From Catajapyx aquilonaris (lineage: Eukaryota), in NCBI GenBank assembly GCA_000934665.2, contig KZ538604.1, forward strand, positions 1 through 59,439: 59,439 nucleotides of DNA. Direction: 5' to 3'. Position 1 is the stretch's first letter, and each line of letters begins with the position of its first letter. Positions 1 to 12,088 of this stretch are shown here, piece after piece. The translations under genes were made by a program, and so were the position numbers. The notes beneath the pieces were generated by a model. It had not been told where the DNA came from, did no database searches, and was given only the letters and a program-made list of their open reading frames with translations.

Positions 1-275
1 CTATGGAACAAAAGCCCAAGTCCATCGTTCCCAACGAACAAAAACCCAAGTCCATTCCCCACGGAACAAAAGCCCAAGTCCAAATCAGTAAATTGCAACA
101 TACGGTTCCCCTGATTGTTGTATCGATGCGGGAATCTCACCATATATTCGGGTGGCCTTTACGGCCCTGTTTCACGAAGTCAAATGCCTAGGCCTCATTG
201 CCATTCCCAGGAAAAAAATATTTCCTTCGTACCCACCCATTTCTTGGACTGGACTTGGGCTTTTGTTCCAGAGGG
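1..275. repeat. End of a probable non-autonomous DNA transposon with subterminal repeats (truncated by the window edge)
   Basis: Three ~29-bp tandem copies of GGAACAAAAGCCCAAGTCCA (5-82) and an inverted copy TGGACTTGGGCTTTTGTTCC at ~250-269. Confidence 0.5.
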
Positions 276-530
276 CCATTCAGTTCATTAATTTGAGTCG
301 GATAAAGAAAGGTCAAAAAAGGGCCTGCCGTCTTCATCTTTATGCTCACGGGGGTACATAAGGATATGGAAAGCAGAAAACTTTGTGTAATAGTTGCAAA
401 AGTGGCGATTTGGCTATAACATACTTTTTCCATGGTCCCCTGTTATATCCTGAGTGGCTGAGTCAACTGTGATTTGTAAATTAAACTTGTCTTAGGTATG
501 TATGTATGCTTAAAAAATCATATGGATATA

Positions 531-972
531 CAGGGTGAAGGGAAACTCGCGCCCAATCACCAGGCAGACTTATTGTACTCGCAAGACTAATATGGGGATG
601 TGCAATTAGTTTTTGGCTCCGTTGGGTAGTTAATGAGTACGGTGCCCTTAAAGTGTAGAGGGCCGGATGGTGGAATATGAGGCAAAAAACGACCAGTGCA
701 TGGGTGTCGTACCCGGATTCTTACTCGTACGGGATTTGATCACCTTTTGCACATGGACAATGTGTTAGGGGACCAAGGCAAGGGACCAGAGGCCCTCGAA
801 CTGACTTGCGCTTCTTAGAAGCTGACAGAACGGATGTGACATCACGAAACTTTGATGGTGCTGTACGCATTAACTATGCAACGGAGCCCAAAACCAATTG
901 CACATCCCTATATTAGTTTTACAAGTACTATCAGTCTACCTGGCGATTGGGCACGAGTTTCCCTTCACCCTG
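531..972. mobile_element. Tc1/mariner-type MITE with ~125-bp TIRs
   Basis: CAGGGTGAAGGGAAACTCG... at 531 is inverted at 972. Imperfect TIRs continue ~125 bp, with TA on both flanks (529-530, 973-974). Confidence 0.85.
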
Positions 973-1581
973 TATAGGGTTTGGATTGTCTACAGGGTGG
1001 TGGGCTTGGGACCAATTATTATACCACAGATAATTGGGCCTCGCAGTATTTTTGCCATAGTCATAAGACCTACAGTATAGTACCTCAGTCACTGGCAAAA
1101 CAAAATCCCTATTGCCATCACCATATATGCAGATTGAAAAGTCTCTTTTTTCTCTCAACTTCACTGCAAGTTCACATTAGATGGCAGGTGTCACATTGAC
1201 CAAGTCATATTGCAGAAATCTCAAGGATTCATTTTATTGGGCCAGAATGCCAAAAAAAAAAAACTTACTGATTGCTACTTCCACATATACGTACTGCTAC
1301 TCTCCATCATTTTACTTAGGAGAATGAGTAGTAATCATGGAACGTTTCTTGAATGGCTAGTTTCTTATTAGATGCAAGTACTGCAGTTGCTTAGGGATAA
1401 TTAAAAAGTTGGTCTCTTGAGTATGAAGGAGACATGATGTATGCATGGCATATCTTAATGCATATTTTGAAAGCCTTCAAAGTGATACAGTTTTTGTTGC
1501 AGTACATAAGATAGTTAGTGAAAATGAATTCAAGGTTTTGATGGACAACAACATCCAGTGATTGTAACATGTAATGATCTA

Positions 1582-1937
1582 TATAATAATAATAATAATA
1601 ATAATTTGTGGGTAATGCTTTCACCCCTTCCGGGGTATATAGCATGGACCTTTATTGTATTTTAGGTTGTTAAGTACATGGTGCCTATTTAATGAAAGCC
1701 CGGGCCCACGGGCAGGGTGACAGGAGGGGATGTGCAAGGTGCAGTGCAAAGTCGTAGCTGTTGTCATTTTGTGAACTCCCCCGGGTGGTTTAGTCAATTG
1801 GAAATACCACCCGAGACGAAGCCAGAGATGACCCCAAACTCTGCACGAGATGAAGGGGGTGTCCCCGGGCTGGGATCGAACCCGGGACCTTAACATCCGT
1901 GGGCGCATACGTTACCGCAGCACCACTCCGCCTCCCC
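1582..1937 (-). mobile_element. Full-length tRNA-derived SINE
   Basis: Minus strand shows an A-box-like TGGTGCTGCGG, B box GGTTCGATCCC, a 3' stem-loop ACCCC-GGAA-GGGGT and a (TTA)n tail. Perfect 12-bp TSD TGTAATGATCTA at 1570-1581 and 1938-1949. Confidence 0.9.
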
Positions 1938-3868
1938 TGTAATGATCTAGAATTGGCTGCTAATAATACATATCCTAAATATAAAAATTATTTACCAAAT
2001 GTTTTTAATCCTGACTGCAAATGAAGCAAGTTTGCAATTTGTTCGAATTGAATAGGGGTGATCCCCAGACAGCTGTAATAGTGACAAGAAGAAGGAATGA
2101 GCCAATAAAATTTGCAATCGATGCAACTCCAGAAGTCCTCAATATTTATTTCATGGAATCATTGCACTGACAGTTTTGCTGACACATTAAAGAGTCTGAC
2201 CAGCCTGTTCAAATAATACCCCATGTCAAATGTTGATCTTCACAGTGACTAGTAATTAAACATCATTCTGACCCTTCCTGCTGGCTAGTGGCTACCCCCT
2301 CATGGTAGACATAACATGTCACACCCATATATATTAAAGCTACCTTTAATATGTATGGTCACACCATTAGTGGTGTTTCATATTCAATATTCAGCTCAGA
2401 ACGGCTGACATACGCTCATCTTGCATCAGGTGATTTTTTTCTTGATTTTTTTCCTCCCTTGACAACTGTCCTGTTGCATTGCTATTGAAATTAAGATTGC
2501 AAGGCTTGGAAATATGTTGTGGTAATAACTCATTTTTGACCATTTTAAACATGTTGTTTTTGCAGAGGGGGTGGGGGGAAGGATTAATTTGAATTTTCAT
2601 TCTTGTATCTCATCTTAATATTCTGGGCATGGATCTGTTGACTTTCCTCATAGCATTGTCCATAAGGTACTTGACCCCTCAAAAAACCGAGAGTAGGCTA
2701 TGCATCTGGAAGACTGATTCTTGCAAATTGTAGTTCACGTATAACTTGCTTGATGTTTGACCTTCATGTTACTGCCTAGTGTCAGGCAATTAGCAAAATC
2801 ATTAGGGCTTTCAATATCTACATTACTGCATTCATGAACTGGAACTGATCGTAAAATCGATGAGGTTACCTAGGATACAGGTTGCCTCATCAGTCATCAC
2901 TGCTCATAATGAAACAGACAGTATACATAGGTGCAACAAGCAAGTTCTCAGATGAAACAAGGTGTATCAGGGGTTCCTGCTGTGTGAATCCATTCAGGCC
3001 AGGGGCAGGGATCAGCAACTTTTCCAACACACGAGAAGTCAAAATTTGTGATTAAGCACGTGCATTGCCCATGGTAAAAGTAAGCTCATCTTTATCAATG
3101 GAAAAGTCGCGGTCCGCTCTTATATCAGCTACTTCTGTGGTCTGAGAATCGGAATGGGCTCACACCCTTACACGATATTGGCTTATAAATACGTGTATTT
3201 TATGAGTGTGACCTTTGCACACCTACCTCCCAGGAGATTCGCGCTTTCCAACAGTGCATGTTGCTCACTGCCACAAATGCAGGTGGCGACAGGATCGAGT
3301 GGAAACATGATCGTCCGCGAGATTTTTACCGATGTGAGCTCAGTTCTGATATATGGTGTACTGTACAATGACGCTAATACTTACGGATCCCGACATTTCA
3401 TTTAAAAATATTTTAACGGCACACCAGGGGAATATTTCGAGAATGTTCTCCCTTCTGAAGGATATACAGTATCCTTGCAGTATGTTGCAGTGAGCACGAC
3501 TTTATTGTATTTCCATTTAATATACATAAAAAAGCTTTTTGTATTACCCCAGTTATGTCTACGAGTTACCATTTCACCGACGATTAGCATATCATGCTAT
3601 AACAATGGTTTCATCGAATAACAGGCACTTTGGGAGACATTTTTGTTATGGGTATACCTCATGATCAAAATAAAGATCGCGGAATTGTATGATACGGTGC
3701 AAAATTAGGCAACATACTTTCACTAGTTTATATTTCTTCTCCAATGAAATGCTATTTGCAGAGAAATAAATAGTCTTGCAATAATTGGTTTTTTCAAGGC
3801 TGAAGGGAACGGAATCTCCCGCAATTTGGCTAGGTTGTAGAGATATGTTATACGAAGCTAGTAGCCTA

Positions 3869-3950
3869 CAGTAGAACCCCGCTTATCCGCCACCCACGGG
3901 ACTGGAGCATCGTCGGATATAAACCGAAAAGGTCGGATAATCCGAGGAGC
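3869..3950 (+). mobile_element. Tigger/pogo-like MITE left end (fragment)
   Basis: TA-CAGTAGAACCCCGCTTATCCG...TCGGATAATCCG is a typical pogo-family terminus. No matching right TIR found. Confidence 0.45.
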
Positions 3951-4480
3951 AAGAAAGCCTGAATGAAACACACCAAAAACATTCTCTGGGTTCGGAAAGG
4001 GCTTTTAAGCGTCGCGTCGCATTGTTACTCCTGATACCTGCACGACAATAAGATCTCTGTCTTGAGTGGTGCACTCAGCTCAGTTGATGGGTGAAAAATA
4101 ATCGTACTCTTAGGATATTTTTAGTGTGCTATTACATCTTGATTTCCATCCGTATAAGAAAATGCACTAAATATTCGTAGGAGAAGCGACTTGCTGACTG
4201 TATTATGGCGACAGTACAGTACACAATCGAGTACATCTTCATTTCAGGAAGGGAAAAAATTGGGCAATGTTTTTCAACTATAAAGTAGCCTGCATAAATA
4301 TCCGTGACTTTCTTTTCAATTAAACTTACATCACTGTCCAGGGAACGTGTTCTGTTATAAATTGGTGCCCTCACACTATCGTTTATGAAACGATCCAGGC
4401 CGACAAGTAGCCTAATAAAAAAAGAACCCAGCTTATGATCGTGCAATGGCCTTAACTTATTCAGAAACACAAATGAATTC

Positions 4481-5392
4481 ACTTACCCTTGAATGCGTTC
4501 TGGCAGACTAATTTAATAACCATGCGGGAGAAAGGATCGGCCTCAATCTGGAAATGACCACTTTATATCCTGTCTGCAAGTCTCATAACCCCAATATCTG
4601 CGTCCAAAGTTTGTATGAGGCAAGATCAGTAGCATTTTATGAGGTTGATGGGAACAGACATGTGTAAAGTCTCGAGAAAACTACAGTGGCTAGATTGTGA
4701 AACGGTGTGAGTGACCTTGCATGTACAAATCACCTAGGCTAAATCTGACCCACATTCAAAGTATAGAAAATGCCAGGCACGTGATATGTTTAACCTTTGG
4801 CGCACCTATGGAGCTGTTAGCCAGAAAAGGAGGGTGGAAACGAAAACAAACGATAGAAGTATTGTCAACATGGGAGGTACCTTGTAGTTATCCTTGGAAA
4901 TGACGACCAAACATCGCTGATTTTGATCAGGGTATCTTGACGCCCAACTAGTGGAGCATCCATTTCTGTCACGGGTTATTTGCGTGGTTATTTTTGCCTC
5001 AAGTTTGTTGTCTGGTGAACGGCTCGGACTTTTGGCTCGATCCTCAAAGCTACGTTTTCCTGGCAGATACTCTTGCGCTGCTTTTCAAGGGTCACCTATC
5101 AACTTACCATGCAACAGTATTGTTTGATTCTGATTAAATCCGAACCCTTTCTCGAGGACTAGATTCGCAATTGGAATCTGTATGTGCATACGGGACTATA
5201 TACCTAAGCTCTTCAGCATCTTAATTCTCTATTCCAATGAACACAGATTAATATGTACTATGGCGAGCTCAAGGACACTTCCTGCAGTATGCTAACGAAT
5301 AGACGATCATTCAGATGACGAGCCCCCTTTGGGTGCAATTGCACCACACGACATTTGTAACAGCTGTTCAATTTGTAAACAGTCCAAATCAT
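4481..5392 (-). pseudogene. Degenerate centromere protein L (CENP-L)-like sequence
   Basis: Collinear motifs spread over several frames: MIWTVYKLNSCYK (ATG 5392), LVVISK (~4895), PPFLANS (~4830), AWHFLYFEC (~4775), KLWTQ (~4605), GHFQI and FKGK* (~4556-4481). These echo vertebrate CENP-L WTLYSLTPLYK / LVQIVSK / PLFLANG / TWFQKTFDC / KALW / RHFKI / DGK as recalled. Frameshifts and stops are present; the 5' part can be spliced through ~45-50-nt GT-AG introns. Confidence 0.45.
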
Positions 5393-5649
5393 GACGTAAC
5401 TAATACAACTGCATTATTGCAAAATTCAGTTCGGACAATCCGGATTTATTAAAAACAGAGTAAAATATAATTTGCCTTCGTACACTTCCCTTTTATATGA
5501 GCAACAGAAAGACACGACAGTGCTGGACATGAAACAAGACTAACAAGCACTTAACCTAGTCAGTTACATCAATACACTTTAAATACGGCGACACAAAGGC
5601 TCAATACTGTTTAGCGTTGGTCAGGCTTATATAAGCAATGTCTCTCAAT

Positions 5650-6384
5650 TTACAAACACCACTGTTTGCCGTTGGGTACAGATTCCTTGTAAGAGATCTT
5701 CATCGGCCCACAAAACACATGGCAGTTCTGTCCGACCAAGGAGGATCCCAGATACTTCTGGATGACCATATCTGCCTTGATTCCCTTGTACACGTGCTCC
5801 GTCACGAAGGATACTTCCTGGTCCTGGAAGGTGCATATCTGGCCGTTACGACCTTTGACTCGGGGCAGAACGATGTCCGAATCAGTGTCATGGTCCACCA
5901 GTGTGACGCTATACTCCACCGGGATTCCGGCATCTGGATTCTGCTGGTCACACGTGGTTTTGGGTGGGGACGTTGAGATGCATTCCCGTTCGGTGAAAGG
6001 ACTCTGCAAATAACTATAAATATCAAAACAATGGCCATTTTTTCGCACATTTGTGCTCTAAACACTATATGGCGAAGGGCGCGGAGAGGTTCCTGCGGAG
6101 TTATTTTACTACATAATGTGGCCAAAACTTACCGATGAATGTTCGAAAGAGTGGTTGCACCACTTGTGGATGCCAATGTCGTGTGGTACACCGTCGTCCT
6201 TCTTGATTCTTTTACCCCGGATGGTGTAAGAAGAGTCATCCGGTGTTGACAAATAGCCTTGGAACCAGGAGCCATCCTCGCTGAAACATAGGTAAGCTTG
6301 GCCTTTGACCTGCTGGATGGACTCGCTGCAGCTGCTCCGCTCGCTGTCCGTACGTCGTCGCCTGCTGACCATCTTGGTGGACAT
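5650..6384 (-). CDS. Uncharacterised protein (~219 aa), exons 6384-6133, 6092-6049 (uncertain mini-exon), 6013-5650; non-coding upstream exon ending at 6885
   Basis: ATG in aacATG context after the acceptor at 6418-6420; donor GTAAGT at 6132; a protein-like continuous frame MSTKMVSRRRR...GPMKISYKESVPNGKQWCL*. An alternative single intron 6132-6004 also keeps frame. Family not recognised. Confidence 0.7.
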
Positions 6385-7004
6385 GTTTGACGATGATCTC
6401 ACACAACAGGGCGGCTCCTGTCAAACAGGATTTCATACAAAAGTGAGTTGTAATGCAACTGCAGCTACAGCCTCGGGACTCTCATATTACTACTTTGCTA
6501 GGTACACGTACACTCGTTTGGAATTTTAAGTGAGTCAGCGCATTGTATTGTGCACATAAACAGCGAACGTGACACTCGCATTTACAAATATAGCAAATTG
6601 TATAATAGCAAATTGTGCATGATCGATAAAATTAATTCCTAACTAATAACTTCTTATCTATATCAGTTGGCAGTTATAGATAGACTCTGGTAAGCGTATA
6701 TCAATCAGTGCGGAAATTGCTCGAGTTTCGAAATATCCTGGCCGGGAAGCAGTAAAACGCAGTTATTTCTACGCGTGTTTTCGACGCCGTGAGATACCAA
6801 CGCTGCGGTTACATAACCTAGCATATCGCACCTAATTTAGATGGGTCGGTACACCCAAGCACACATAATGAGGGATTAACTAACCTGTCGGAAGTAATCT
6901 TGGTACACGTCTCTTGCAAGAGGTTCAAGCGCTTCTTCCAGCTATAGCTTATCTCCGTCGACTAGCTGTTTCTTCTCGATCAATCCACACCCACCACACC
7001 CCCC

Positions 7005-7028
7005 TGCGCAAATGACGTCACATGCGCA
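7005..7028. promoter_or_regulatory. CRE palindrome flanked by TGCGCA half-sites upstream of the 5650-6384 gene
   Basis: TGCGCA-AA-TGACGTCA-CA-TGCGCA just 5' of the non-coding first exon. Confidence 0.5.
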
Positions 7029-7807
7029 GATTTTTTTTCCTGCAGACCTTGCGAAGGTCGAGTCTGGTCTATATATGAGATCGATAGTGTTAAACTATGA
7101 CACACACACGTCTTATACACTATGTAGCTTGTTCCGCGTTATACAACATGCGAGTTCCTTGTCTTGCGAAACCGTTGAACCCTGAACTCTAGGGTGATTT
7201 GAATTCTGCTTGATAGTACTGGTAGATATCTGATGTGTATAGTCACTTCCTATGAAGCTTGTCTCCTTATCGGTAGCTCTTTTTATCGGAGGACAATGTA
7301 CAATGTCAGGTGCAGTTTCCACTGTCAATATTGTTGCATTGTATCACTTTATGCAACTTGTGATAGTTGGAGGTGGAAGTGCCTACTTAAAAAAAAAGTA
7401 CGGTGCTGCCTCTTCCTATTGTGGTATAGATCATTACTCCGCACTTAGGTAGAGCAACGAAATTCAACTACAGGTTGTGCTGTCGGCATTTGTTCAAATA
7501 TTTGGCCGACCTCCGTTTCTTAAAATATACTAATGGAATGTTCCGCAGTACGTTTAGTAGCTACATGCCTGCAGGTGGTGGTCGGTTAACTGCTAAACTC
7601 TATCAGTAATGTTTAATAATAACAAGCAATATCATTCAACAAATATGGCCCTTCATTTTTTACATCAACTACATACCGAACTTCAGCCCTTGCAAAAGTG
7701 TCACTTTGACCTTACATGATATTTAAAATACCGTTATCATACCAAGCAGCGATCATCACGCAATCGCATTAGCAATAAAATATTTACCCTGCAAGACGTG
7801 TAGTGTA

Positions 7808-7979
7808 CAGTGAAACCTGCTGATAGTGGAATCACTTCGTTCCGCATTTTTCTTGTGTACTCAACAGATTTTCGCTGCATAGTGCATGCGACGTAAATAC
7901 ATCGAAAACCCTGCTCCGAACAAAAATTTCATAACTTTCAAACCTTGATCCCATGATCCTTTATAGAAAGGTTTCACTG
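7808..7979. mobile_element. Short pogo/Tigger-like MITE
   Basis: TA-CAGTGAAACCT ... AGGTTTCACTG-TA. Confidence 0.7.
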
Positions 7980-10399
7980 TAGCCTAGCTACCAAAGAAAT
8001 AAGAAAAATTGATCTTACGGACTGAATTCCCATGGAGAACATCGGATGAAGGAAAGTATGCAGCAGCAGTATCCCAGGGTCAAAAAAAAACTGATCTGAA
8101 ACTTAAGGCATCCCTCCTTCACTTTTATTTACACTTAGCGACCTCGTGCCCGGATTGGTCGGCCTCCAGTGACACGCCTTCTTCGCCACCAATCCTGCTT
8201 CCCGAAGGCTCACACACACATACGTCTACATGACTTTTCCCCTACTCGCCTTGNCCACCTACCATCCCTTGTCTCTAGCCCTACGTGCTATTGCTCAGCA
8301 CCGATGAGTGACCCACAAACTAGTAAACAGGGGTCATCGTTGTGAAATGGTCCGGTCCAGCCAGGACTTCCATTCGACAGATACGACAGTAAACAATATT
8401 CGAGATGCTTCTATTTGCACGAGAGATAATATTGTTTAAGCTATGCTAAGTGGCCTTCGTGTATATCTGCTGGTATTATGTACTAGTCTAAAATAATAAT
8501 AGAATATGCATGATACTGTGCAGCGTCACATCGACATTCTCACCATCTGAAGCATGGAAGAAGGCAGCTAAATGGTGATTAAAATGAGGAAGTTTTTGAA
8601 GACATCCATAGAACTCCCAACAGTGCCGACAGACTATACTGACACATTATGGTGTCTTTAAAACACACAGACTATATTAAGTTTTTGCACCCATCAGCAT
8701 GCGACTTATACGGTACTGCCACTGTATACAGTACTTACAGTATACAAATTACATAATGCGAGATAATTCCGCTACTTATTTTCTACTATCGCAGGAGAGT
8801 GGTAGATTAACCGTATACAGTGCATATCATGTAACACTTACTCTCACCTTGCTCTCACATATTATAGTGAAGGTATTTGGCAGTTCACCGCAGAAGATGC
8901 TGGGACATATGCCTGTACTACAGATCAGTTATAATACTGGTGTGTAAGTCATGTATACCAGTATCTCTAAACAAGTACACTCATTGTAAGCTGAACTTAT
9001 ACCGTATGTTTCATATAGTTAAGCTTGCATTCGTGTCGGTGAGTATCCGATGGAAAAGGGGGGAAGATACTAAACTTGTGTTCACTGCAGTAGGATTTGC
9101 GTCAATTGTTTTTATCTAAAACTCCATACGGCGTCAGCAATTTGTACACAAAGTGTTGTTCAGGTTCATCAAAAAGTCGTGACAGCAACCAATGGGGTGA
9201 CGCAACTGATTAATCTCTTGATACGATTATAATGTCATACATAGGACGATATACTGTAATGCACTGCGTACAGGACTTGAGCGGGAAACCCGGTACTGGC
9301 CGAAGCACAATCAATAATATTATTAGTTTTAAACCAGTGTGAGGCTATTGCGACAACAACATAACAGCTCGTGGCAATTAGCCAATGACTAATAGACCTT
9401 AGTGCTGTACAATAATCGGAAAGGTCGAAGAAAAGGTCTCTTCGCTATTCTTTGTAAAGTGTGCCAATTAGTCAAAATTATCAACATTCCCCTTTCACCC
9501 CTTGTTCCCCGCCGTTTATATAGGTAACAAAATTAGTGTTTCGGTAGTTTGTTAAAATGTGGCAGAATAACGGGACATAAAGGGGTGTAAAATACCACAT
9601 TGAGAAGGGTGCCCTATTTCCGCCGGTCCTCTGATCAAGATATAATATTATCATCATGTACTGATATCAAGCCATTCCTTGCTCATTTCAATTCCTTAAT
9701 GTGCAGTATACTGTCTATCTGAAAGTGAGAAAAAGGTTTTCATTCTCATTTTTTATTAATCAATGTGCGTGAGTCGCTCTGTCGCTGACGTTTTTCTGCC
9801 AGGGACGCAACACATTATCGCCCAATAAATAATTCCCATATACAGGTGTTAAAATTCCAAATCCGGTTGGTCTAATTAATAACGTTAGTTTCTCTCATTT
9901 GGAACGCTGCAAAATAATAATATTGTATAAAGTCCTTAAATATATATGGGCTATCATTAGGAACATTATATTTACAGATAACTTTGACAGGATCACATCA
10001 ATTACCTCGTAGCATTTTCAATAGCGGAAGGGCATCAGTCAAAATATCATTTTATAGGGTATGGTAACGATAATATTGTCAGCATTAGTATCTAATATGC
10101 AATGTAGAGTACATTCAACCTTATACACAACATCCAGTCGGATTGGTTCATCGTCCGTTGACGTCAGCATTGCGACCCTTAACCGGATTTTTACTGTACA
10201 TAAGCATATATCTAAGAATGTATACGTGCACTAGAGCACGTTTTGTGGACAGTGATACTTAACATTCCACTTTCTCCTTTGGTGCTCTCAGAATATGTTA
10301 TGCAGTAAAGAAGTGGTCCTCAACCTGGGGGGGAGGAGAAGGGCAACCTTGATGGTGTCAGGGACTTTCAAAGGAAGGTAGGTGTGTGCGTGAATCCAG

Positions 10400-10506
10400 A
10401 TGATGATGATAATGATGACGATGGATACATCGACGCGAGGGGATCGAATTCGGGTCACCTCAGAGGTGAGGGCAATGGCCTAAACCACTATGCCACAGTG
10501 CAACCC
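10400..10506 (-). mobile_element. tRNA-derived SINE head (older family)
   Basis: Minus strand GGGTTGCACTG-TGGCATAGTGG (A box) ... GAATTCGATCC (B-box-like), followed by (CAT)n. No cloverleaf or acceptor stem. Confidence 0.55.
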
Positions 10507-10911
10507 GAAAAAAAAATTGTGATAAGATTAATAGGCCTACATATTAAGATAACTTATGTTTTAATCTTATTAGCGTTCTTAAAATGGTGAGTATGCACCA
10601 ATGTACGAGTAAAAAGTTTCATACCAAACAAGAGAATGCAAACCTTTGGCTAACCATAATGAAGGAGCATGTGACAGTGGGAGAGCTGATGTCACTTAAG
10701 AAGTGCAGCTGTCGAGTGTATCATATGACACACAGAAATAGATAGGTGATTCACAAAAATAACACGATGTTATTTTACTAGTATTTATAAAAACATAAGA
10801 ATAGTATTGGCGATACTTTCTTACTTGTTAGCTTAGTTGCATTATAATAATATTATTTGCTTGCATAGGGCCCTGCGTACTTTGAAGCCTACATATGCTA
10901 GCTGCGGCTAT

Positions 10912-10963
10912 CACACATCCTCTTAAGCGACGAACACACATCCTCTTAAGCGACGAACACATC
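10912..10963. repeat. 23-bp tandem duplication
   Basis: CACACATCCTCTTAAGCGACGAA x2 plus a partial third copy. Confidence 0.9.
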
Positions 10964-12088
10964 GGCTCTGAACCGTCTAATAGAGTCAAGACGTATCACG
11001 TGCTCTCAGTGTGGCGTACACATATGGCACATGACCAAAAAAGTTCTTCAGACGCCACCAAAAAATAGAGGAAGAGTTCATTAACACTGCCGCTAAACGG
11101 ACGAAGACTGATGATGTGGGCCAGGAGCAGGCGACTACTGATGGCAATATCAGGCGCTGACCTGTTTCTCTGAGTGTTAAAAACTTATGTCCCCACGGGA
11201 TCACTTACTATGTTGAGTAGTAGCCGCATTTTGTGAGTATGCAGGCCTACTTTATGCGTCCTTGTCATGACTGGATCTGGATTATATATTAATTGTACCC
11301 AAGGTTAAGGCCATGGTTGAAAAAGGATGCCATCACTTAAAGCAAGGTGCTATGGGAGTTATGGTCACAGCTGTAAAAAGTCACGAAGGTGACATGTTTG
11401 ATCGTGGAGAATTGGCGGTACTTTGATATGAACAATATGTGTTCAATACGACATCACGATCATAATTACTGAACCTCTATGGCACTAATAGCATTGCGCA
11501 TATATGGAGAAACAGAATAGGACTGATAAAAGGCCAACAAATCACGCATTTAAATCTTAACAAATTTAAATATACTTTGATAGACGGTGGAAACGTAAAT
11601 AACGTCCATGAAAAATCACCACATTACCAGGGACGTGTAACTGTAATTTTATCAATCAACTATAAGAAAAATGCAATGCTTTATGGCCAATCATTCCATA
11701 ATTATTAGTTGTTGAGAGTGTCTAAGCTCTAAGGTGCATCATCTGCAGTTATTCTAGAACAAATAATGATTGATCTTTATTGCTATACTTTGCTGGTAAC
11801 AATATTTTTTTTTTAAATGACAAACATTGATCAACCACTTGTTCTGGGCCGAAAGCGCTTAGGCCCGTATACAAAAAATTGCTGCTTCCCCCATCTACAA
11901 GTTATATCACCTTAATTGTTCTCTCGTCATTGCTAGTATGGGTGCAGTTGTCTCAGTTACACTCGGCACTATATATACATACAGTCTGGCAACACATCTG
12001 TTTTTTGGTCATTTCTTTTGCCTACCCGGGCCATTCTACAAGGATACGACTTCTTCGCACATTCACATATACGCATTGAGAGCTGGTC

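Noticed and set aside
5..82. CRISPR-like repeat array
   Set aside because: Eukaryotic context, spacers only ~9 nt and similar to each other, and no cas genes.
931..1164. 77-aa minus-strand ORF ending in an apparent splice donor
   Set aside because: Its 3' end is the TIR of the 531-972 MITE, and there is no recognisable protein.
1860..1937. tRNA gene
   Set aside because: No acceptor stem or cloverleaf; it continues into a SINE body with tail and TSD.
8296..8360. Hammerhead-ribozyme-like motif (CCGATGAG-TGACCC..GGGTCA..GAAA..TC), Penelope-type
   Set aside because: The core reads CCGATGA rather than CTGATGA, GAAA is displaced from stem II by 7 nt, and stems I/III are poor. At most a dead remnant.
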